From an uncultured Isosphaeraceae bacterium (GTDB taxonomy: Bacteria; Planctomycetota; Phycisphaerae; Phycisphaerales; SM1A02), in the NCBI GenBank assembly GCA_964623715.1, contig CAZURP010000004.1, forward strand, positions 1 to 24,193: a DNA stretch of 24,193 bases, in the 5' to 3' direction. Shown here one piece after another: positions 16,265-24,076 of the stretch (position 1 is its first letter; every line of letters begins with the position of its first letter). The translations under genes were made by a program, and so were the position numbers. The notes beneath the pieces were generated by a model that was not told the DNA's origin, did no database searches, and worked only from the letters and a program-made list of their open reading frames with translations.

Positions 16265-18792
16265 TAAAGACCTAAGATTCCCTGTACAACAGGGCCAAAG
16301 TTCACAACAAGGCCAGCAAATACCACTGACACGATCGCAATCAACTTAATAAGAATGTTGAGTGCAGGACCTGAGGTATCTTTGAATGGATCGCCAACGG
16401 TATCGCCAACGACACTTGCTTTATGTGCATCGGAGCCCTTGCCGCCGTGTTTACCAGACTCGATGTACTTCTTCGCGTTGTCCCAAGCACCACCTGCATT
16501 TGCCATGTAAATCGCAACCGCAAAGCCAGATGTAAGACCACCAACAAGTAAGCCCATCACGCCACCAACTCCAAAGAGGAGGCCAACGATAATTGGAACT
16601 GATATTGCAAGAATCGCAGGCAGTACCATTTCTTTTTGTGCACTTGCAGTGGAGATATCTACGCAACTGCCATAGTCAGGATACGCAACACCGTCGACCA
16701 TCGTTTGTTCTTTTGGCCAATTCATTGGATCTTCAATCTCTTCATCGCTCATGCCGTTTGCTTTGAAAGCTTTCTTCATCACACCAAATTGGCGACGGCA
16801 TTCGTTCATCATTTCAAATGCGGCGCGTCCAACAGCGTTCATGGTGAGTGCGCAGAAGACGAAAGCAAGCATAACTCCGAGGAAGATTCCGCCAAGAACT
16901 TTAGGGTTCATTATGGTGACATCGTAGAACGAAAGAAGTTGTTTTATTTTTGCTTTGTGCGAGGGCACCATAGCAAATGAAACATCGCCAACTGTGACAG
17001 TGTGTGTGCGTTCAGTTTCTCCCCAAGTAAAATCGGCAGCAAGTGTGCCTTCTGCCCAGTCCAAATCTGCAACTGCTCGTTGTGTTGCATTTGACGCGAG
17101 CATCAAGCCACCAAACGTTTCGCCATTATTGTTTGCGACAAACTCGCCATTACCAAGATACGCAACCGTGTTTTGTGCTTCTTCGACCATTGCGATGTCA
17201 GCTACAATTTTTTGATCGAGACTTGTTTGCACCACTGAAACGTAGGCTGCGAGCAGCGCAAGCGCTGTTAATGCAGCAGACCCGATTGCAAAACCCTTAC
17301 CAGTTGCTGCAGTTGTGTTACCTAGCGAGTCGAGCATATCTGTTCGATCGCGAACGATTGGTGGTTGACCAGTCATTTCAGCGTTGCCGCCAGCGTTATC
17401 TGCGATTGGACCGTACGCATCTGTCGCAAGGGTAATACCAAGCGTACTCAGCATACCAACTGCAGCAATGCCCACGCCGTAGAGGCCAAGCAAGAAGTTT
17501 TCTGTACCGCCAGCGAAACTAAATGAAGCAATGATTGCGACAACAATAACGATGAGCGGAGCCCATGTTGAAATCATGCCTTCTGCGATACCAGCAATTA
17601 TTACGGTGGCAGCACCAGTTTCTGTTTGTTCTGCAATTCTTTGTGTTGGAGGGTGTTCGTACGAAGTGTAATACTCGGTCGCGTATGCAATGGTGAGACC
17701 AGCTGCAAGACCTGTAATGATTGAAGCCCATGGACCCCACCAAACGAAACCGACAACTTCTACATCTTTGAATAAGAAGTAAAACAATCCACCGCAAAGA
17801 ACCGCGATGAGGAACGAAGCAACGTACACGCCTTTGTGAAGCCCTTTAAGAAGTTCGCTAAAGGATGCGTTTTCTTTTGCGCGAACAACGAAGACGCCAA
17901 CGAGGGAGCAGAAAATACCAAGCCCCGCCAGTGCCATTGGGGCAACCGCAAGTTTAATACCAAATCCTGTTGTTCCGATTGCCATCGCTGCGGCAGCACC
18001 AAGTGCCATCGTTGCAAGAATTGAACCGTAATAACTTTCGTACAAGTCGGCGCCCATGCCTGCAACATCACCAACGTTGTCGCCAACGTTGTCTGCAATA
18101 GTTGCTGGGTTGCGTGGATCATCTTCAGGAATGCCTGCTTCAACTTTGCCAACAAGGTCAGCACCGACGTCAGCTGCTTTTGTGTAGACACCACCGCCAA
18201 CACGCGCGAACAACGCTTGGGTAGATGCACCCATGCCAAAGGTCAACATGATGGATGTGATTTCAACTAAACCGCCTGCGCGTTCGGGAAGCACTTCGTT
18301 CCAAAGATAAAACCAAACAGATACGTCAAGAAGTGCGAAACCAACAACAACCAACCCCATGACAGCACCCGATCGGAATGCAACTTTAAGGCCGTCGTTG
18401 AGTGATTGCTTCACTGCCCACGTTGTACGGGCAGATGCATTGGTCGCCATCTTCATACCGAACCAACCACAGAGTCCTGAAAACAAACCAGCAACTGGCA
18501 CGCCAACAGCTGACCAAATCGGTTGAATTTCTGCAAAACCGAGTAAGGCAAGAATTGCGACTAACACTATAAAAACAACGAACACCACTTTGTACTGTCG
18601 TTTGAGATACGCCATCGCTCCGGCACGAACGTGCTCAGCAATTTCGATCATTTCTGGTTCGCCTTCACTTTGTGCCATGACGCCTTTACTAAAAACGAAT
18701 GCCATAATAAGTGCGGCGATTGCACCCAAAGGTGCAAGGTAAAAAAGTTCGGGTAGACCTGTTGTTTCTTGAGCAAGCATGAGAAGGTTCAT
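16264..18792 (-). CDS. hppA: Membrane-bound K+-dependent pyrophosphatase, probably Na+-translocating
   Basis: GGGVYTKAADVGADLVGKVEAGIPEDDPRNPATIADNVGDNVGD, DAYGPIADNAGG, DSLGNTTAATGKGF, GGAWDNAKK and GDTVGDPFKDTSGP. GGAG Shine-Dalgarno at 18806-18803. Confidence 0.96.
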   Translation of the reverse strand: MNLLMLAQETTGLPELFYLAPLGAIAALIMAFVFSKGVMAQSEGEPEMIEIAEHVRAGAMAYLKRQYKVVFVVFIVLVAILALLGFAEIQPIWSAVGVPVAGLFSGLCGWFGMKMATNASARTTWAVKQSLNDGLKVAFRSGAVMGLVVVGFALLDVSVWFYLWNEVLPERAGGLVEITSIMLTFGMGASTQALFARVGGGVYTKAADVGADLVGKVEAGIPEDDPRNPATIADNVGDNVGDVAGMGADLYESYYGSILATMALGAAAAMAIGTTGFGIKLAVAPMALAGLGIFCSLVGVFVVRAKENASFSELLKGLHKGVYVASFLIAVLCGGLFYFLFKDVEVVGFVWWGPWASIITGLAAGLTIAYATEYYTSYEHPPTQRIAEQTETGAATVIIAGIAEGMISTWAPLIVIVVAIIASFSFAGGTENFLLGLYGVGIAAVGMLSTLGITLATDAYGPIADNAGGNAEMTGQPPIVRDRTDMLDSLGNTTAATGKGFAIGSAALTALALLAAYVSVVQTSLDQKIVADIAMVEEAQNTVAYLGNGEFVANNNGETFGGLMLASNATQRAVADLDWAEGTLAADFTWGETERTHTVTVGDVSFAMVPSHKAKIKQLLSFYDVTIMNPKVLGGIFLGVMLAFVFCALTMNAVGRAAFEMMNECRRQFGVMKKAFKANGMSDEEIEDPMNWPKEQTMVDGVAYPDYGSCVDISTASAQKEMVLPAILAISVPIIVGLLFGVGGVMGLLVGGLTSGFAVAIYMANAGGAWDNAKKYIESGKHGGKGSDAHKASVVGDTVGDPFKDTSGPALNILIKLIAIVSVVFAGLVVNFGPVVQGILGL

Positions 18793-18812
18793 TGTTGTGT
18801 GTCTCCAATATG

Positions 18813-18833
18813 CGGATAGCGTTTTGCTATCCG
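18813..18833. promoter_or_regulatory. 8-bp perfect inverted repeat just upstream of the hppA ribosome-binding site
   Basis: CGGATAGC-GTTTT-GCTATCCG, 6 nt from the GGAG; could be a 5' hairpin or an operator. Confidence 0.4.
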
Positions 18834-18869
18834 ATTATTCTGCCTTGTGCGGTGTCACTGCACCGCTTT

Positions 18870-18926
18870 AAAAAAAGTAACACCAACGGCCGCGAACTCG
18901 GTCGCAACAATACATTGATGTTGGTG
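18870..18926 (-). terminator. Possible composite terminator after rpsU
   Basis: On the minus strand CACCAAC (18926-18920) pairs with GTTGGTG (18887-18881), followed by TTAC and a T7 tract; the enclosed segment pairs only imperfectly. Confidence 0.35.
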
Positions 18927-18945
18927 GGTAGTAAGTACTTATTAG

Positions 18946-19158
18946 TTAAGAACGTGAACGCTGTTGTGGAAAATTCAATTCGCGATAGCGACGTGATTCT
19001 TCTTTTCGGCGAGCTCGGCGCTTGCGTTCGGATGGTTTTTCGAAGTATTGACGCTTCTTTACATCCTTGATTAGGTTCTCTTTTTCACAGAGTTTTTTGA
19101 AACGACGGAGCATTTGCCCTGCTGATTCGTTTTGTCTTGCTTTAATGCGAATTGCCAT
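18946..19158 (-). CDS. rpsU: 30S ribosomal protein S21
   Basis: ESAGQMLRRFKKLCEKENLIKDVKKRQYFEKPSERKRR. Confidence 0.95.
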   Translation of the reverse strand: MAIRIKARQNESAGQMLRRFKKLCEKENLIKDVKKRQYFEKPSERKRRARRKEESRRYRELNFPQQRSRS

Positions 19159-19271
19159 ATGTTTAGGTACCTTTTTCTGCTAAAAACAGTTTTGAGCCAC
19201 GTATTAGAACGCATTCTTGGGTTCATTGCAAGGGGCAATTGCAACACGTATAACTCTTTATAGAACAGTGG

Positions 19272-19301
19272 GTTACAAGGGGTAAAACTGGTGCTATCCT
19301 A
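19272..19301 (+). promoter_or_regulatory. Putative sigma-70 promoter for the NYN gene (very short leader)
   Basis: GTTACA (19272-19277), 17-nt spacer ending TGC, TATCCT (19295-19300); ATG follows 10 nt later with no Shine-Dalgarno. Confidence 0.5.
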
Positions 19302-19310
19302 AGCAATATT

Positions 19311-19973
19311 ATGGAATTGCTTATTGACACATGGAACGTGCTTCACCAGACTGGCATCTTGCCCGCAGATTCTGCTGGAATTGGTACCGGCGGGCTGTGT
19401 AAAATGATTGAAAATAGCCGCTGGAATGGTGAACGGGTTATCCTTGTTTGCGACGGAACGCCATCAGACCAACATGAAACCGGGTCTCGATACCGCATCG
19501 TTTTTACTGGGCCACACAAAACCGCTGACGACGAAATAATGGAGCGGGTTGCTAAATCATCTGCGCCGCGTTCTATTCTTGTTGTAACAAGCGATAGGGA
19601 AATTATCGCATCGATACGAAAAAGAAACGCGCAGCAAATTAGTTCCTCCGCTTTTTTGCTTGCACTCGTAGAGGATAGCCATTTACCCAAAAAAAAATCG
19701 CTTCGTCGACCCTCTGGTCTTTCTCCAAAACTTGCACAAGAATGGAAAGAGCATTTCGGCATTGATCAGAAGGTGATGGAGGAACTTCACAACACGCCTG
19801 AGCCAAAACTACACCAAGACGTTCCTGTTGCAAAACAAAAAAATATAAACCCCAATCCCGAAACCGAACCAAAATCAAAACTAAAACCAAAAAAAGAACG
19901 CACCATGCAAGTAAACGAACCACTCTTGCCCGATGACATACTCGAAGAAGCAAGGCGCCTTCTTGGCAATTAA
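19311..19973 (+). CDS. YacP/Rae1-like NYN domain protein
   Basis: LLIDTWNVLH, VILVCDG, IVFTG..TADDEI and ILVVTSDREI retain the acidic NYN/PIN residues; Lys/Pro-rich C-terminal extension. Confidence 0.8.
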   Translation: MELLIDTWNVLHQTGILPADSAGIGTGGLCKMIENSRWNGERVILVCDGTPSDQHETGSRYRIVFTGPHKTADDEIMERVAKSSAPRSILVVTSDREIIASIRKRNAQQISSSAFLLALVEDSHLPKKKSLRRPSGLSPKLAQEWKEHFGIDQKVMEELHNTPEPKLHQDVPVAKQKNINPNPETEPKSKLKPKKERTMQVNEPLLPDDILEEARRLLGN

Positions 19974-19992
19974 CTCTCCCAGAGATACTCTA

Positions 19993-20604
19993 TTACGGTT
20001 GGAGACGTTCCCAAGACCACTCGCCTCCGGAGCATTCGTAACGGATGCGGTCGTGTAAACGACCGTCGTGTCCGTGCCCGCGTTGTAATGTGTGAAGTGA
20101 AATTCTATACCCGCCCCAAAAATCTGGCCTAGGCACTGGCCGACCTATCCACTTCGCTGTTAGCGCTACAACTTTTGCCATCAGCACCGCTCTGCTGTTC
20201 AGTGGTTGTGATTGCTTACTCGCCCAAGCACCCACTTGGCTCAGCCTGTTACGCGTTGCAAAATATGCATCCGATTCTTCTTCAGAAATTTTGGTTGCTG
20301 TGCCTTGAATTCGAAGCTGCCTCTGTTTTTCGTCCCAATGAAAAAGCACGCACGCATTTGGATTATCAAAAATCTCTTCAGCCTTCTCACTGGTGTAATT
20401 TGTAAAGAACACCACGCCTTGTTCATCAAAACCTTTCTGCAACACCATCCTGGAGGACGGAACTCCATCAGCATCAACTGTTGAGAGGACCATTGCAAGA
20501 GGATTCGGCGTAGGCCGATCCCTGTACGCTTCTTCAAACCATCCCTGCATGGAATCAACAGGGTTATCTGGAGGAGAATTGAAGTTCATTTGCATAGGAT
20601 ACAT
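19993..20604 (-). CDS. pdxH: Pyridoxamine 5'-phosphate oxidase with an altered C-terminal signature
   Basis: AMVLSTVDADGVPSSRMVL, FFTNYTSEK, RQLRIQG, ESDAYFATR, SQVGAWASKQSQ, PRPDFWGGYR, RLHDR. The real start may be ATG 20589. Confidence 0.92.
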   Translation of the reverse strand: MYPMQMNFNSPPDNPVDSMQGWFEEAYRDRPTPNPLAMVLSTVDADGVPSSRMVLQKGFDEQGVVFFTNYTSEKAEEIFDNPNACVLFHWDEKQRQLRIQGTATKISEEESDAYFATRNRLSQVGAWASKQSQPLNSRAVLMAKVVALTAKWIGRPVPRPDFWGGYRISLHTLQRGHGHDGRLHDRIRYECSGGEWSWERLQP

Positions 20605-20611
20605 TCATCAC

Positions 20612-20646
20612 AAAAAAAACGCCGTAAAGTACTTTACGGCGTTTTT
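20612..20646. terminator. Intrinsic terminator of the metalloprotease gene, a perfect 32-bp palindrome
   Basis: AAAAACGCCGTAAAGT|ACTTTACGGCGTTTTT (20615-20646); T8 tract on the minus strand (20619-20612). Confidence 0.88.
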
Positions 20647-20667
20647 AAGGGTTTTGTAGTTCATTCG

Positions 20668-23373
20668 CTACATTGTGTACACAACATCAAGCGCTTTCCC
20701 GAGGCGTTCATGCATGTCTTGCAAGTGTGCCAGGGTATACATATCTAAATCAGCATTTTGATCAAGTATTACACCAATTTGATCATGCAAATTGCGAGTG
20801 TAATACAGTGCCAAAGTGTGCACTGGTCGGAACATTTTTACTTTGCCTGTGCTCAAGTCTATCAACCGTTTTGCCATTTCCGCTTGTAGATTTCTGTCAA
20901 TCGATGAAACCATTGGATTCCGATTCGTCCATTCGCCATCTGTTTCTCCAAGGTCGGCGTAAATGGAATCCATGAGTGTTGCAAACAGTTCCGCAACGGT
21001 AAAAGCGTCTTCGTCTGCAGGAACAAGGAACTCGTTGTCATACACCATTCGCAATCTGCTTGGCGCAAGAAGCGCTGATAACATTGATGACTGTCTGCCA
21101 AGAATGCTATCGTGAATAGGCCACGTCGCTTCGCCGCTGTCACCACCGCCTCCGTACCATTTATCAACATTAAAGTGCGTTAACAATTCGGGAGACAAGC
21201 CGTACGCGTCGTCATCCAAAATTGTCGCAATGACAAATTGCAATGCTGCACGTTGCTGGTCTGCTGGTACAACTTGAACAGGAGCAATGTCCTCATCGCC
21301 AAAGTCACCTTTTTTATTGCGATTTGTGTGCGCGCCGCCGATCCAGTCCGACATCATGCCAGCTGCACTTGCCTGCATACTCAACGTAGTTTCATAGCCA
21401 CGCCGAGCTTCTGACCAGCTATCGCCATCTTTAACAAACTGTTCAAGAAGATCTTCTCGCAATTTTGTAACGATGCGCATTTGGTTCTCGGCATAGTCGA
21501 GCGGGTCTTTACTAAAGTCATATCGCTTCGCAAGAGGATCTGGACCGCCAGTATCTTCATCTGTCAGATATGCGTGCTCGGGTAAATTTGCCTGACTCAG
21601 AACTTCTTTAATGTCATCGGAGGTGTACCCGTATTCGATTGCCCACATGTCATAGGGCCCTACTCCAATCATCGCAAAATCGCCCTGCACATCGCCCGCT
21701 CCCATATTAAAGTTCACTGGGTTGTAATCCATAACGGATGCGGTGAATGGTTTTTTCCCACGTATTTCATCTGAGTTAATCTCAGCCAACGTGTACAAGC
21801 CGGACGCCTTAAAGTTATGCCGAAGCCCTAGGGTGTGTCCAACTTCGTGGCACACAAGGCCGGACATCAGCGGACCAATAAACCATTCGGGGATGCCGTC
21901 GAGCTTGTCGCTTGTCACTCGGTCATTTTCAATTGGTGCATCTGACTCAAGAAAGTGTAGTGTTTCAAGACCGAGTCGAGCGAATGCCATTTGATTCGCG
22001 AGTTGGTGTGCAGCAAGACAGTGACGATCCTCATCGCCTAACCACCCAGCTATTTCTGAAAGGTCTTCATCGTTTGCAAGAGTTTGGTCAACAGTTGCGT
22101 CTGCATAATTGCCTTCCGCTCTTGCTTGAAGAATACGGTCACGTTCGATTGGTTCTGCTAGCAGAATTCGTGGATCCCATTCAGGATATTTTTCGAACCA
22201 TTGAATGTCTTCGGGCGTCATTGAAGCCATTGCTTCGGAAGATTTTGGTTGCCTGTTGTACCAACGCCAATACGCTCGAATCCAACCATCTGTAAGAACA
22301 ATATCGGCATCAAGAATTTCGCCCGTCATCGGGTGCGCGCGTGACGGACCAATGGCTGTCGCAACATCGTTATTCAACCAACGAAGAAAATTGTACCGAA
22401 CGTCCTCAGGATCTTTATCCATGTGCGCACCGGTTGCTGCGTCTTGGTAATACACTTCAATCGCATTATCAATGCCAATGTTTCTGAACGCTTCATTCCA
22501 ATAGAGCACACCATCTCGCACCCAACGTCGATATCGAACGGGGACTGTATGTTCTATATAAAACACAATTGGATTCTTTGGTGGACTAAGTGAAAGTTTA
22601 GGATCACGTTTCTGCAAATCCCATCGATTTACGTAGTGCACCCATTTGTCCTCATCGTGATATTGGCCAAGGTCACGAAACGATGTTCCGAAATACCCTA
22701 CGCGTTCGTCTGCTTTTCTTGGTTTGTAACTGCCTCGTTCTGGCACCTCACTTATCGAATAATGAATCGTTTTAAATTGACCGCCAGAGGTTGGCATTTC
22801 ATAGGCAACTTCCAAGTTGTTGGGAAACGATTTTGCCTTCTTGATAGTTGCTAATTTACTATTTACGCCCCGTGCCACAGACCCTGCAATTTTTGAAGCA
22901 TTGTTGACAAGTAAGTTGTCAAGATCGATAACTGGTTGTCCACTTGGACCAGTTGCTACGATAGGAACATCGAGCATTACAGTATCGGTAAAAATTGTGT
23001 CTACAGAATCTTTTGAGGATTTATCACCACTTGACCGTACTGAAATTTCAGGTTTGATGAATGCAATTCTATCATTGTATTTGCGCAGGTAAATATACGC
23101 TTCGTTTCCCTGTAATCCCGCGAACTTCACGCCAGCAGATGGAGTTACCGCGATGAAAAATTTCTTGCGTTCCCAGCCGCGAGGTAACTCGGCAAGAAGT
23201 TGTTGTTCTTTTGCGTTCTTCCAAAGTCCAAACAAAGGGGTTGTTCCATCGACAGTCGAAACAACCTTCGTGTAGCCTTCGTTGACTTCATCGAATTTTT
23301 TCGGTTTCGCAAGGGCTGTTGTTGTAACTGCCGCGATTAGACCGAGGCAAAGTGTGGTTTTATTCTTAAACAT
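20668..23373 (-). CDS. Exported zinc-dependent metalloprotease (met-zincin, EcxA / DUF5117-DUF4953-like)
   Basis: HEVGHTLGLRH (HExxHxxGxxH) and Met-turn SVMDY; RKADERVGYF, VNRWDLQK, NAIEV, NFLRW. ATG at 23373 has GGAG upstream and a signal peptide (MFKNKTTLCLGLIAAVTTTALA); ORF track starts at 23406. Confidence 0.9.
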   Translation of the reverse strand: MFKNKTTLCLGLIAAVTTTALAKPKKFDEVNEGYTKVVSTVDGTTPLFGLWKNAKEQQLLAELPRGWERKKFFIAVTPSAGVKFAGLQGNEAYIYLRKYNDRIAFIKPEISVRSSGDKSSKDSVDTIFTDTVMLDVPIVATGPSGQPVIDLDNLLVNNASKIAGSVARGVNSKLATIKKAKSFPNNLEVAYEMPTSGGQFKTIHYSISEVPERGSYKPRKADERVGYFGTSFRDLGQYHDEDKWVHYVNRWDLQKRDPKLSLSPPKNPIVFYIEHTVPVRYRRWVRDGVLYWNEAFRNIGIDNAIEVYYQDAATGAHMDKDPEDVRYNFLRWLNNDVATAIGPSRAHPMTGEILDADIVLTDGWIRAYWRWYNRQPKSSEAMASMTPEDIQWFEKYPEWDPRILLAEPIERDRILQARAEGNYADATVDQTLANDEDLSEIAGWLGDEDRHCLAAHQLANQMAFARLGLETLHFLESDAPIENDRVTSDKLDGIPEWFIGPLMSGLVCHEVGHTLGLRHNFKASGLYTLAEINSDEIRGKKPFTASVMDYNPVNFNMGAGDVQGDFAMIGVGPYDMWAIEYGYTSDDIKEVLSQANLPEHAYLTDEDTGGPDPLAKRYDFSKDPLDYAENQMRIVTKLREDLLEQFVKDGDSWSEARRGYETTLSMQASAAGMMSDWIGGAHTNRNKKGDFGDEDIAPVQVVPADQQRAALQFVIATILDDDAYGLSPELLTHFNVDKWYGGGGDSGEATWPIHDSILGRQSSMLSALLAPSRLRMVYDNEFLVPADEDAFTVAELFATLMDSIYADLGETDGEWTNRNPMVSSIDRNLQAEMAKRLIDLSTGKVKMFRPVHTLALYYTRNLHDQIGVILDQNADLDMYTLAHLQDMHERLGKALDVVYTM

Positions 23374-23550
23374 GTTTAGTTTACTCCAGTGTTCTTCTCT
23401 CCCCATACGATGGTATGGGCTCTTTGTTCTCTATATAAGTACCGCTTCCGTGCAGCATCGGCATCACCTGCGAATTTGCTCTAAACAACGAACTCGCGAA
23501 CCAATTATTGTGGTTCTCGGACGTTCTAAATGCAAGGCAATTATTGGAAT

Positions 23551-24048
23551 TTAGTCGAGAGAAACGACTTTTTCTGCTTGTTCTGTTCGAAACGCAGAAA
23601 AGCGTGCTGACAAGTCTGGATCGCCCATTGAGAGCATCTGAACTGCAAAAAGTGCTGCGTTTGTCGCGCCAGCACCACCGATTGCAAATGTTGCAACTGG
23701 CATACCTTTTGGCATTTGCACAGTGGAGAGAAGCGAATCAAGGCCATCAAGCGACCATGCCTGCATTGGGCATCCTAAAACCGGCAGTTCAGTGTGGGCT
23801 GCAACGACACCTGCGAGGTGCGCAGCACCGCCAGCGGCGCAAATAAAGAGTGAAACACCGCGTTTTTCCGCATCTACAAGGTATTTTTGGAGAATTTCAG
23901 CGTTTCTATGCGCAGAAAGCGCGTTGCACTCGTGCGCAACACCGAATGTATCAAGTGTATCGCTCGCACGCTTCATCGTCGGCCAATCCGACGAGCTACC
24001 CATCAAGATGCCAACCTTCGCTTGATTAACTGTTTTGTATTTCGCCAT
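23551..24048 (-). CDS. purE: N5-carboxyaminoimidazole ribonucleotide mutase
   Basis: VGILMGSSSD, SAHR, AGGAAHLAGVVAA, DGLDSLLSTVQMP, PVATFAIG..GATNAAL. Confidence 0.97.
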   Translation of the reverse strand: MAKYKTVNQAKVGILMGSSSDWPTMKRASDTLDTFGVAHECNALSAHRNAEILQKYLVDAEKRGVSLFICAAGGAAHLAGVVAAHTELPVLGCPMQAWSLDGLDSLLSTVQMPKGMPVATFAIGGAGATNAALFAVQMLSMGDPDLSARFSAFRTEQAEKVVSLD

Positions 24049-24060
24049 GCCTACATTCTA
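24046..24060 (-). promoter_or_regulatory. Leaderless-type start for purE
   Basis: TAGAAT (24060-24055), GTAGGC, ATG (24048). Confidence 0.55.
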
Positions 24061-24076
24061 CCTATTCCTGCAGAGC

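Noticed and set aside
18946-19158. C-terminal Tyr of S21 as equivalent to the anti-Shine-Dalgarno-sequestering Tyr of Bacteroidia
   Set aside because: By my recollection of that alignment the Tyr is offset by about three residues from KPS, and several genes here use clear Shine-Dalgarno sites.
23551-24048. purE without an adjacent purK
   Set aside because: Split purE/purK arrangements are common and the rest of the genome is not visible.
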